Below are positions 52,112-64,000 of a DNA stretch of 64,000 nucleotides, one piece after another; the stretch's first letter is position 1, and each line of letters opens with the position of its first letter. Source of the stretch: Lepidodermella squamata (taxonomy: Eukaryota > Animalia > Gastrotricha); NCBI GenBank assembly GCA_047495785.1, contig JBLDXI010000003.1, positions 930,001-994,000 on the forward strand, in the 5' to 3' direction. The notes beneath the pieces are model-generated. The model saw only the letters and a program-made list of their open reading frames with translations. It was not told where the DNA came from and made no database searches. The translations under genes and the position numbers were made by a program.

Positions 52112-53817
52112 GAGGGAAATTTTGTGCGTCGACCAGATTGACCACTTTGTAGACCAACCGCGCGCGCACTTGTAGACCAATATGCGCGCGCGTCGACCAA
52201 AATGAGTGCGCGTGTAGACCAAAATTAGGGCGTGTGTAGACCAAGTAAATACAAGCCGTAAATAGGAGCCAACTATTTATTTTCGCAATTTTTGCAACGA
52301 CAAGCGGTACATTTTTGATTAACAACGAAGCAAGAGCATTTTCGACCCTTGCCAACTCGATTAACACAATTTTTGAAAGCTACGACGAGTTGAAAAACAA
52401 CTGGCTACCTGGTTCATGCGAGGAATCCCAGGCTTTCCTTGGTAATAGGGACCCATTTTTTTGGCAACGAGGCGCGAGTAGAGAAGAGGTTGTTACGTTG
52501 AACCTATATTGTTGTGCTACCGGAGGGCGTCGGCGTAAAAATGTTTTCTCGACTTGGATGCTAGATCATTTTTTTCTAAATTATGCGAATAGTTTAATAG
52601 AAGATAGCGGCCCGGCGGTCGACGGCAGACCGTCATAACAGCAAATACCCAAAACAGCATACGCGACAAAACAGCAGAAACACGATTCATCTTTTACATA
52701 GTAAGTTTTCGCTGTTTTGTCGCGAAATAAAAAATATGCTGTTTTGTCGCATTCGCTGTTCTGCGAAGTTGCTGTTTTGTCGCCGTACCCGGTCGACGCA
52801 TCTTTCAATTCCGATCACTTGAAATTAGTCCTATAATAATATCGCAAATTGCTGATTTCTTAAAAAATCCTAGGATAAGTTTTAGCTATTTTGATTTGTT
52901 GTTGCAGTTGTAGGTAGCGCGTTCATGCGGCGACCCAGTTCAATGACCGGACACGGTCCGTAGCTCTTATTCACGCAGCTAAACCGGCGTGTAAACACTC
53001 CAATACAGATAATCCCTTGATCCGTCGGCTGTAAAACACGGCAAACTGTCTCAGACGTCGCGCGGGGGTGCGTGTCGAGGTGCGCAGCGGGTGCGTGCGT
53101 GTGCGCGTGTTGTTTGAAGATTGGATGAAATGGGTGGATTGCGCGTGATTGGTGCAATAAATGCGTTGCGAATCAGCTGCTTAACTTGATCATTAAGTGT
53201 GGACACTGCTGCTGATTTCGCTGGTGAGCAATCGACTTAGTGAAAACGACAACGGCTGACGGTGTTTCGACTGTTTTCAACTGGTTGCGGCACACGCTTC
53301 TGCCCGCACAATCGCAATAGCAGTAGGCTTCTGTCATGCCATTTCGCCAATTATTTGCCTTCAGGAAATCAGGCCTCGGAATCTTTGTTATAATATATGC
53401 CTATAAACAAACCCCAATGGTGTGGGGTTTGTTTATAGGCCAACTCGTCCGCCTCGACTATCTGCTTGACGATTGCCTCTAAACAATCAGCCTCCTCATC
53501 AACCTGATTTTCTATAGCCTCGGCGGTAAAAGGCTCCTCGGCCGATTTTTCACTGGATAGCTCTTCGCCTGATAGCTCAAAGGATAATTGAAGGTTTAAA
53601 ATCGTCAAAGGCATCGAAATTAGCCAAAATTAGCCGATATACACGTTGGTCTACAATTAAATTTTTGAATGGTCTACAATTTAACAGTTTGGTCGACAAG
53701 TGTGCGTGCTGGTCTACAGCTGTTGCGTTTGGTCTGCGCGCGCACCCTTTTGGTCTACGCACCACCTTGAGTGGTCTACAATTGTGCGTAATCTGGTCTA
53801 CAAATTTTTCAAGCCCT
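52112..53817. mobile_element. hAT-like non-autonomous element
   Basis: 8-bp direct repeat ACTAATAA at 52104-11 and 53818-25; AGGG/CCCT termini; TAGACCA arrays at the left end and TGGTCTA arrays at the right end. Confidence 0.75.
52624..52789. mobile_element. Nested Merlin/MULE-like MITE
   Basis: GG...CC termini; 8-bp TSD CGGTCGAC; inverted CGACAAAACAGC repeats. Confidence 0.7.
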
Positions 53818-55108
53818 ACTAATAAACATGCTGATACGCACAGAGATGGCCGCGGCAATATGTTTTACGCACGTGTTTTTTTCTGCTCTCTTTTACTCTG
53901 ATTTTACTATGCATAGCACTCTGACGTATAGCGACCTGTGATAATATATTTATTTACCCAACTGTTCACTATGACTCGTCACCGTCGTAAGGAATTCGCC
54001 CGGTTTATGCAAATTATTAACCATTTTTTTTCAAAAAATTCCACCTCGATGATTGTGGACAAATTAATTTTTTAAATCCAATTTTGTAGGCTGCGTATTA
54101 TTCGTGATTTTTTTCACTCAAATTGTCATATATTAATTTACGCTGAATTTTTTTTTCACGCTCATTGAATATTTCCAGCCACAACAATAATAACAAAAGG
54201 CTAACAACAAACGATTAACGAGCAAGTACATTTGTCTCGCCTTAGTCACGCGCCCAAACTGGTGAGATATTACGAAAAATCAACTATACACTACGTATAG
54301 TCCACGCTTAAAGTTTGAGCATGCTTATAATAATTGATGAATAATATTATTATAGCCGCCTTTGTGTCACATGCCTGCCATTTTACAAGGTAATTATTTT
54401 TTTAGCTAGTAAACTTGACCTATGCGGCATGCTTTAACAGTCAATTATTCTTTCATTACCACGTCATTTTTTTTATGAATTAATCCGAAAATTGCGATTT
54501 AGGAAATATCCAGTTTTTTTAAATAATTCTTTTGAAAAAATATTGAGCTATATTCTGCCACATTTTTCTTTGCTGTTTTATGAGAAATTTCTCGACTATT
54601 TTTTGTCTATTTTTTCCATTGAGCTTTTCTTCCCATTGCAGGCCAATTATCTTTTCACGCCTCAGACAGCTGTACACATAGTACTATTCACATTGGCAGC
54701 CTCCTTTCATCGCTTTTTATCTCTCCTTAAGATAAGGAATTCCATAAACAGGAAGTATTATCATTCTACTATAGATATTACTAAAATTCTATAATTATTT
54801 ATTATTTCAATAGAAAGCCGTAACTTCGGGCGAATTCAGAGCCCACTGATTTCTTTTTTTCGAGCATTTTCTTAGCAATGATTCATCAGCGCGTGCGAAT
54901 TTTTTGCAGGAGAACTTTTTTATTCCTTATTCAAGACGATTTTTCTTGATTATTTTTAGATTTTTTCCTGGCATTTGTTGAAAATTCCGATTTGTTACAT
55001 GGAATAATTTAAACTCCGCCGCGCTCAAGGCGGGTCAAATTTCGCTCGAGAAAACCGCTGATCCAGAAAAATTTGATTTCTTTTATTTTCAAATTTTCCG
55101 AAAAAATC

Positions 55109-58100
55109 ATGTCGATCGATGTTAACGCTACTTCTGCCGTGGCGGCTCAGCCGACTACAACCCTGCTGCATTTCGAACAATCCGGCCTGTCGAAAGTCAT
55201 TGAAGAATCGGCTCGGCTTAATTTAGCCTCGGGTGACTACGCGCCCAGTGAACAGCCACTGCTAGCGGCGGGTGCTGATGCCGGTGATGATTGGCCGATG
55301 ATTTTCGGCTCATCGACTACAACCACGTTAGCCCCGCCGCCGCCGCCGACTACGACGATTAAGCCGGATATTATCGTTGGATTTGTCTTTCTAGGCCTGT
55401 CTGGCCTGCTTCTGCTCAGTATTATCGCTGTTTGTATCTACGTACAACGGCCGTGCAAAAAGTAGGATTTAATTTTTTTTATTTTAAATTGAGAAAAAAT
55501 TGGAATTTAATTTTTATGAATTTATTCAGAAGTTTTAAAATTCAAATCTCATGTTTAATTTTAAAATTCCAAGATTTTTCATTTATTTCCTAAAATTTGA
55601 AACTATTAAATCGAATATAATAAAAATTTGAAAGTCTTGATTTTTTCTAAAATTTTCGACAAATTATAATTTTTTTTATAATTTTTTTCAATTTTTTTTT
55701 AAGGCCTTTTTTATTAATTTAGACTGGTCCGAATTTACCGCCACCGGGAGCGGAAGAAAATGTTGACGAAAATGGGCGTCGATGAAATTCACGATTTGCA
55801 GTACGATGCTGGTTTCATTCCGAAAACTGCTAAACCCAATTTCAGACGCCACAGGTAAGCTGCTGGATTAATCGCAGTTTTTTGTATTTTATCAAATATG
55901 GGCGTTTACTTATTTTTTGCTTATTTATAATACATTTTTAAGTGGTTCGAATCCGCAGGCGAGAAGGTAAAACATATACGTGCCTTGGAATGCAATTTTT
56001 TAGGGTATTTTTGTGCTTTGGTTAATGGCTGTTGCTTGGGTTACGGATCCTGGATCCGGTAGTTGGCCGTAAATATATGAAATAGTTTCGGCAATTAAAA
56101 CTAACATTTATCATTTAGAAGAAAAATTTGGAAAATAGTCGTCGTCTGTTGCTTGGAACTAATAGAGAAATTCCGTATTTTCCCAGCGCAAATTCAGACT
56201 ATTTTTGGTTACCTGAACCTTGAAAACCTTTTCGTGAATAATTTCTCGTAGCTGAATGTAGTAACCGAAATGACTGACAACACAAAACGATCTATTTCTC
56301 CGGAGGTGAACCGCCTATAGATTATTCGCGATTTCATTAAAAATTCATTAAATAAATCGAGAAAATCCCGTAAAAACCGAATGGAGTCTGGTTTGGTAAT
56401 TATCAGTATTTTACCGGGTTGGATCAAATCGGGTGTGACTTTTTTCATCCGACCATGTCATATTTCATCTGACAACCAAAAATGTGACTAAAATCATCCG
56501 ACATGGAAATATTAATTTTCTCGATTTTCCCGAGTTCGATTTTTCCGTAGGGGCATACCCCTTTTATGCACCCTATTTTGCCCTCCGAACCCGTATAATT
56601 TTATGGTGAAAGATTTATGGCGATCTGAATAGTCACCTTTTTACTGGAATCTTTTTAAAATATGAGAAAGCAAGTCGGTAGGTTTTAGTCTAATTTTTGG
56701 TTGTCGGATGAAATAAGAAATTAGTCGGATGAAAAAAGTTTTCCCCCAAATTTTTACGTGTTTAAATGGGGTCCCCCAGAGAGTAGCAGGCTTCAAATAA
56801 AGCAGAGAGCAACAAATGGTGCACATTTCAGACCAAATGGCTTCAAAGCACTCCCATAAAAAAAGTAAAATAAAGTATTAAGCAATGATCACCATGTTTT
56901 GGAATTAATGCTATTATTTTACTTTGAAGCCATTTTTTAATTTTGCTTCGAGGTCATGGTGCTTTGAAGCCTGTTACTAAATTTTCCCTACTTCGTAGGG
57001 GACCCGTTTAAATCTACTTCATCGCCTTTCTTTTCGATGTACTTCATCAATAGGTTGCCTTACTTATAGGACACCTTGAAAGTGCTAAGAGTAAAATATA
57101 CTTGAACACTTGAACCTGAAGTAATTTGAAATATCCCATTTTGTACGCTGGAAAATTTCTCACCTCGAAAATGGGCTATTAGGACTAACTACTAGCCGCT
57201 GGCTGATCTAGAATTCTCATGTTGTATAGCCTTCAATTTGAATTTTTCACTAAAAATTTCACAATTACGACTAAAAATTGAATTTTTCAGTTTAAAATCT
57301 GTAAATTGTTTAAATTGTTGTAATACTCAATTTAGGCGTCGGATTACTAATACATTTGTCACGCGAAATACATTTATTGATAGATTTTTTTACGTTTCAA
57401 TGTAGCTGTCTGTTACTCTCAATTACAGTGCAGACTTTTTTTCGAAAAATTTGTTTTCCAACTTGCTAAAATTCGATACTTGTATAATCGATACTTGAAA
57501 TCGATATCGGCTCTGCAGAGTGATTTAGAGAATATTGAGATTCTAGAGAATACGTGAAACTAGAAATTGCCTAATATGGGGAAATATTGAGTCGGAGCCT
57601 CGAATTAAAGGCGCCCATTCGCCCGACTCTATATTTTAATTTCATTACATTAAATTTTCGAATTCCAGTAAAATGTAGATAATTTTAAAGAGGAATAAAT
57701 TTATTCTCCACGATTTCGGAAGGGTTTCTTGTGTTATTACTGGTTACTAAAATTAATTACTGCAGTGTTTTATTTTGTCATTTTTTCAATTTTTCAGCCG
57801 GCTCATCAGTCAGCATTTCGATACAATAATCGACCTCGACCCGGACTACCAGCACCCGCACTTGCAGTACTACAAGCAGCACGCAGCGCTCATTGCAGCT
57901 AAGCGCATCACGGCGAAATCGCGGCTGCGAGGCCGCTGGTCGCAGGGTGAGTCGGGCGCGGGGCCCGTTTCGGGCGCCCAGCCCAGCTCGCTCATCCACC
58001 CGCGCACGCACACGCTATCGACCGGGCGGCCTAGCATTGAAGAGCCGTTGATTTCTGAGCAAGTTCACGGCGGGTCGTTGCCGGTGTTCACAGATGACCA

Positions 58101-59925
58101 GCCGCGGCGGTTGAGTCACCCTGGTGCTTACGACTCGCTGCCGGTGCCGGGTGACAGCGATGCGGCTCTGCTGACGATGACTACGGAGGTGGACGGTGAC
58201 AAATTGTTGTCAAATCAGGTATTTTAACAACATTGCCAATTTTCTGACTCGGGAATTTGAAATTATTTAAAATTTAAAAATGTTTGAATTTCCCATATTT
58301 GGAAATTTTTTGAATTTATAAAAAATTCGGAAATGTTTGAAATTTTAGAAAATTCTAATTATTTCAACTGCGAGAAATAATCGCCGAAAATTAGCTCTGG
58401 ACCAAATTCAGTAACTCGATGGTGAAACCCCCAATTCCAATGTAGTTTGACCCGTTTATGAATTTGCGGATTTCAATAATCAGTTTGACCCATAAGTTGC
58501 AAAATTCTTATTCGTAATGAATTTTCTTTCAATTTTTATTTTCAAAAATTAAATGTGATTGAATTTTTCTAAATGTTCCTATTAGACCGTTCTCAAGTGA
58601 AAAGTGGGATATGGCGAATTTTCTGTATTTTCCAGCAAATCGCAAAAGAGGGACGATTTTTGAATTTTCCAGATGTTCAGGCTATCTTGAGAATTTTCAA
58701 TTTTTTCAATTTCGGACTTCTCAAAGGCTCCATTCCTACTACAAATACGGGAAATTCGAAACTGTCGCCGAAAAGCTAATCGATTAGGGTTTAAGTAGCG
58801 GCACTAGCTTGATTCTGCCAAAATTTTAGATTATCTAGCAAGGTTCCTCACCTCAGACTACCACAAAAAGATTTCAAATAACGCATGAAAAAAAGAATTT
58901 GATTTTTAATTGATGCAATAAAAGGCTAAATTTTTTCAAGTGCGACCCTGCAGCCCATTTGATGCCGATTTTCAATGCAACCGTGATGACTGTCAACCTC
59001 TGTTTAATATCGTTTGACGATCGTTAATTTACCTTGAGAGTGGCATAAAAATCTCACAATATCCAAAAAATCTCGCCAAACCCCACTTTTCACTTTTTAA
59101 TAATGAAATAATTTTCTGGTCTAAGTTTTGTGGAGCCGAAAGTTGGGCAAGCAAATTGTGAACAATTATTTCGCCCAACAATGCCTTTTCAAAATGTTCG
59201 GGAATTTTTCGAATTAATTAAATTTAGTTAATACACCACGAAATTCTCGGGAATTTTCAGTGTAACGCCTAGTTCTGGTTCAACCGGGTAAAATACCGAA
59301 ATTACCGAACCGGTTACCATCGAGGTTTTCCGGGTTTTCTCCGTTCAATTTTTTATTTCTTCGGTTAAATCGAGGATGAAAGATGTAATATTCTCTAGGT
59401 AGGTTTAAAATTCAAAAAAATAGTTGAATTTCCTACGAAAAGTTGCCAAATCAACAAAGTTGCACAATTTCTGGGTATGTAATCAATTTTTTAAATTTTT
59501 TTATCAATTCCTTCTAGGCCAGTGGAAGTCGGCTGGGCGATGACGAGTACGAAGACAACCGCGGTTCGCTGTCCTCGGCGACAATGGGCGTTGAGAGCGT
59601 GTCGAAAAACACGCCTCAATCCGTTGTCCTGCAGGAGATGATCGCGAAAAGCCGTGCGGCGTCGATTTCGCGCGCCTCGGGCGAAAGCCACCCGCCCGTG
59701 CCTCTGCTACCTCGGCGCAGCCTGGCGCACCAAATGTCCGAGCAGCAACAGGTGGGCCGGTTCCGCGTTTCGCTGCCTATGCGGCGGCCGTCGTCCGGCG
59801 CCGAGCTCACGGGCCTTCATAATAGTAATAGCAACAACCACCTCGACGTCCGGCAGCCTATGCCTCGGTCTTCCAGCGGCGGCAAACAGTCGACAATAGC
59901 GGAAAACGCGTCGGATAAATACTAG
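55109..59925 (+). CDS. Single-pass membrane protein with disordered cytoplasmic tail (4 exons), unknown family
   Basis: GC-rich exons at ~55109-55461, 55723-55855, 57798-58218 and 59518-59925 in AT-rich introns; TM IIVGFVFLGLSGLLLLSIIAVCIYV after a Thr/Pro stalk. Confidence 0.75.
56431..56747. mobile_element. Intronic MITE
   Basis: Inverted repeats ACTTTTTTCATCCGAC / GTCGGATGAAAAAAGT with repeated subterminal ATCCGAC. Confidence 0.65.
56762..57011. mobile_element. Intronic foldback MITE flanked by TTAA
   Basis: TTAAATGGGGTCCCC / GGGGACCCGTTTAA; nested CAGGCTTCAAA / TTTGAAGCCTG. Confidence 0.6.
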
Positions 59926-60817
59926 TTGCATAAATCGCGAAATAATACCCTACTTCATAGCCTACAACATGCAATTTACATTTTTTATGTTACAGAGAAA
60001 TGATATTTGAATGAAAAATTGATACCAGAAAAAGCCGTTTGAGATGAACAACAAATTTAATCATGATTACATGAATCTTTATTCTGTGGTTTTTTTTGAG
60101 AAAAAGTAAATGAGAATGGATGTCTTTGTTTGTTTTGTTTTCGAGTTTTGTCTTCTCAGCGGCCAGCGGACCAGTGTTTCGGAATACAGTGATAATCAAA
60201 AAATCGGCACGGTGGAGTTGAAATGCTGCAAAACGGACCAAAATGGCGCCCTTTTCGCTAGCTCCAAAGATAGCTCCAGTGAATAGTTTCAAGAATATAT
60301 TCATGAGATGTCTTGAAACTAGGACATTCTTACTTACGTGCCAAAAATCGCAGAAAAATTTGAGCGGTTGGAATAAGGTTACTGCAAATCAAAAATAATT
60401 TTTTCGGAATTTTTCTCGCATAATTAATAACTTAGAGGGATTCGGAATATTAATTAGCATATTACGAATATTTCGGTATTTTTCGGCACATCTTCCGCAA
60501 AAGTACTCCACAACTACCGCAAAACTACCGCAAAGAAAAAAAATGAAAAAAGTGATCAGACTCATATTTACCTGCAGCAAAATTTATTATTTATCAATTA
60601 ATATGAACAAATACAATGATCGCTCTTGATTTCCATCAAAAAAGAAATAAAAATTTTTTTTTCAAGGTTTATGGCGCGTTACGGTTAGAGCCCTCGTGTA
60701 GCCGGTTTCACCAGATTGGTTTATACAATGTGTCTTTAGGTGGAAACTCATCCTGATTACTCGTGTCCCGCATTCCCGCATCATTGCGTGTCTTTTGTTA
60801 CGTAAATAGGTGTTTTT

Positions 60818-61719
60818 ATGGCTAAAATCTATTGTGTGGTGTCTTCGGAGGCGAACCCACCGCGATTGATTGAGATCGCGGAGAACCAAAAGCATGCCGA
60901 ATTGATTGCAGCACTCCGAACTAATTTGCTACCGAAAGAAACGTCGATAGAACTTTATTACGATGTAAGTTCAATCTTTTTTCATTGTGTCGCACTCATT
61001 TCGATGCTTATCAATCTTAAATTTAAGCTGGACGAAAAGACGGACGTGCTGATTGCTACCGATGAGTGCGTAAGTAGAGTGATCAGAATGCACTTGGTAT
61101 TTCGTCCCAAGGAGCCGGCCTACTTTTACATTCTACCCGCTACAGCTAAAACGGACGAGAATCCAATCATACGCCCCCCGCTTGCATCAAGTTCAACCTC
61201 TAGCTCACCAACTGGCTTGAATATGGGGCCATTGAAGACACCAAAGCCGCAATCAACGTTGTCATTGTCACGGAAGCGCCTTTTTGAAACAAAGAAGGTC
61301 CGCTTTGAGGAAAGTGAAGACGAAGATGAAGACGATCCCCCGAGCTATAAGTAAGATATCGATTCGTCTACGGAAAGACTGGTTACTCAATGTCTTTTAC
61401 ACTCAGATATCACAGCAGATTTGCTACTCCATGCAGGTAGGCCTGTCCATTTGAACATTTAGAATGTAGGTATATGTTGTTATCAATTAGGAGATTGACT
61501 CGCAAACGATTCAAAACTTCGTTTAAGGGACGGCCCGGCGATTATTCCCCGGCGGAAGAAGATTGCTGCCAAGCGATCGCCGAATGGCTGAATAAGAAGC
61601 GCAAAGATTTATCGGAACCACATTTTTTTGAGGCGATGGCGGCCTTAAAGGTCGATTTCGAAGAGACGTTTGGCACTAGAAAAGTGGCCAACATCATCAA
61701 AAAGATGAGCGATCTGTAA
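60818..61719 (+). CDS. PB1-like + Ser-rich + Myb/SANT-like protein, homologue of the 33344 gene; may be spliced to the downstream recombinase
   Basis: Three in-frame introns; C-domain SEP-x16-FGTR-x6-KK colinear with the 33344 protein. Confidence 0.7.
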
Positions 61720-61763
61720 ACTTCGCATTTGTTGACACCTGTTGATTCCTTTTCCATTTTAGG

Positions 61764-64000
61764 ATGGCTGTTGTTAAATTAAAGCTTGGTAAACTAGTGA
61801 AGCTTGCCGAGCTTGATTTGGTAGATTCATTCGAATCGCTCAAGTCGCAAGCAATGACGCTTTTCGAGATTGATTACCGAAAGATGAATTACATGTGGGG
61901 TAAGTAATATCATTTGCTGATCGATAAGCTTGTATTTGGTTTCATTCTAGTTTGTGATTCTGAACCCATTATTCTCGACGAGACGCAGCTCAAATTAGCT
62001 CTGAAAACGGGAGGAGTTCTGACGATTGATTTGGTGCCAGAATCAGACAGCGTAACAGTTACCAGCGGAATCAGCTGGAAAAAGCAGCCTAGAGCTCGGG
62101 GGCGATTCTTGAAGCAGAAGAAGAATTCCAAACCCCGTCATCCTGGTCTGGGAAGGCCTTGTCCGAAGTGTTATAAACCTCTTCGTGACAAAACATCGTT
62201 GGAGCGTCATCTTATGTCTGCTGCATGTCCGATGGGCCCTACTGAATCAACTGATTTGCCATCATTATTAGCCGAGTCGAAGCGGTTAGTCAGTTCGCTA
62301 AATAATTAAGAATAATTACGTATCATATTGAAATTGCAGGACGGCGGTGATGAACAAGTACGCTTTAAAAGTGGATAAAGAAGATGAAGGTGAAAAATCT
62401 CCATCTCAGCCTTCCGTTAACGTTACCGTAAACAACTTCCAGTCCAGCTCGAATGCGATCACTGCCCCCAGGCAGGGGCCGAAAACGGGTCGTGAAGTTG
62501 AGAATTTCATTAACGACTTTCGCAAATCATTTGAGAATCCTATATTTGGCTCGAGTAATCGAGCCCCAGCAACTGTCAAGAAAATTATTGAAGGTGCGGC
62601 CCAGGTTATCAATCTTTGTGGGTACAAGTTTGTCGACGATCTATATACTCGCGAGGGATTTCAAGCTCTTAAGCGGCCTTTTAAACGAAATATCAAGTTC
62701 GGCACGAAGAAGTCGTTGTGTCAGGCCTACAGAGAATTTGTAGAATTCCTTGAATACTATGATGACCTCGGCATTGACGAACGTCGTCGAGTTCTACTTC
62801 TCTCCTTTTTGAAAAAGGCTCACGACTCCTTTAATCGCGGCGTCGCAATTGACAATGCCGATAGGCGGGTACGTATTTCTGAAGCGATAAGAAATAGAGA
62901 ACTGCCCACCTTTTCTGAGGTCTGTCTTGTTCTTGATGTTTTTCGAGCTAGGGTATGTTGAAGCATTTTTAATTATTTGAGCTAACTTTTAAGTTTTCAG
63001 GTTGAAGAACTGGACACTAAGCCTGAAATCGACGTTAAAGATTTCAAATTACTTCTCGGTTATGTAGGTTTCAGTCGTGTCAAACGCTGCGCTATTCGCC
63101 CGGGAGCTCTGACACTGATGAAAGTTTCCGAATTCAATAAGCCGGTCTTAGAATCTGAAAACGTGGTTCTAGTACACGTGAAAGGTGAGAGTTTTGAGAA
63201 AGTCCGTAATTTCATCTATGAACGCTTTTCAGGTCAGAAAGCGTCAACATACAACGACGGTTTTGTTAATTACTCCAAAGACGTCTACGACATTTGTTCC
63301 AAATATCTCGAAGACTGGCGTGTTTCATCCGCACTAGCGCAATTCTTCATCTGGCCAACTACAATGAAAGCCGTGACATCCCAAGACCTGGGAAGAGTCT
63401 GCAAGGACTTTTTTCGAGAATCAGTTCAGAAAGACTTTTGTTTTACTGATTTCCGTCAGTATATTCAGACGGTATTCTCACAAACTTGTTCTGATGAGTT
63501 TGAGAAAAAATGGTTTAACAGGATCATGCAGCACAGGTAAAAAATTAGTGACATTGTGTTTGAGGTTGTAAGTTGAAAAAAATCTGCACGCTGATTGGTC
63601 AGTTGGCTCGTATCCATGACTCCGCCTAGCTACTTGATCGTGCGATCCATAAAATGTTTGCAAAAAATATCTTTTTATGAATGGTTTTACGCATTTGTTG
63701 GAAACGCGTGCTACGATACGGCCTTCATAAAAATAATAAAAGCCACAAATTATATAGATCGCACGATCAAGTAGCAAGGCGGAGTCATGGATACGAGCCA
63801 ACTGACCAATCAGCGTGCAGATTTTTTTCAACTTACAACCTCAAACACAATGGACCTTACTAAGTCGGGTTAACTTGACTGCTCCGCTATAGTGATGACG
63901 TTGGACGACAATACTACGAAATGGCTATGGCACCCAGGTTTCATGCCAAAATGGGTCAAAAAATCGAGTCCGAAATGTTAATTCGAGAGAAAAATTGGCT
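61764..64000 (+). CDS. Tyrosine recombinase (Crypton-like) with PB1-like domain and zinc finger; runs off the window
   Basis: CPKC..RHLMSAAC finger; catalytic-type motifs AIRPG, VKG|QKAS, TDFRQ, MQHS|DDVGRQYY; five in-frame introns. Confidence 0.82.
63552..63852. mobile_element. MITE of the same TIR family as the RAG-like transposon (301 bp)
   Basis: ~95-bp near-perfect TIRs beginning CATTGTGTTTGAGGTT; GA on both sides; lies inside intron 63537-63892. Confidence 0.92.

Noticed and set aside
52130-53800. CRISPR-like spaced short repeats
   Set aside because: Only 7-bp motifs, inverted between ends, eukaryotic context, no cas genes; better explained as transposon subterminal repeats.
63478-63863. 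Two ORFs sharing an identical peptide on opposite strands
   Set aside because: Artefact of the MITE inverted repeats.

Overview
Eukaryotic (metazoan invertebrate-like) genomic DNA, roughly 40% GC, with very short (~45-60 bp) spliceosomal introns. I cannot name the organism from sequence alone. Main contents: (1) 1.2-21.3 kb, a tandem array of 11 apparently intact genes plus 3 pseudogene remnants encoding ~102-111 aa secreted proteins with a basic cluster followed by a C-x9-C loop and a conserved FYIWAK helix; I do not recognise the family. (2) 22-51 kb, mostly secreted or surface genes: LDLa + C-type lectin, an intronless OTU protein, two POMGNT1/GT13-like genes with altered DXD motifs, a minimal Ly6 protein, a giant Cys-rich repeat protein, two IGFBP-like/thyroglobulin inhibitor genes and a signal-peptide-bearing PI-PLC-X. 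(3) A complete 4.9-kb DNA transposon (30093-35028) with an apparently intact, intron-containing RAG1/Transib-like DDE transposase, bipartite TIRs, a 2-bp TSD and a divergently transcribed PB1-like/Myb-SANT-like accessory gene. (4) 60.8-64 kb, a tyrosine-recombinase (Crypton-like) locus that carries a homologue of the same accessory gene and has a MITE of the RAG-like family inside one intron. Many MITEs are present (piggyBac-, pogo/Tc1-, hAT- and Merlin-like). All exon structures were inferred by eye.
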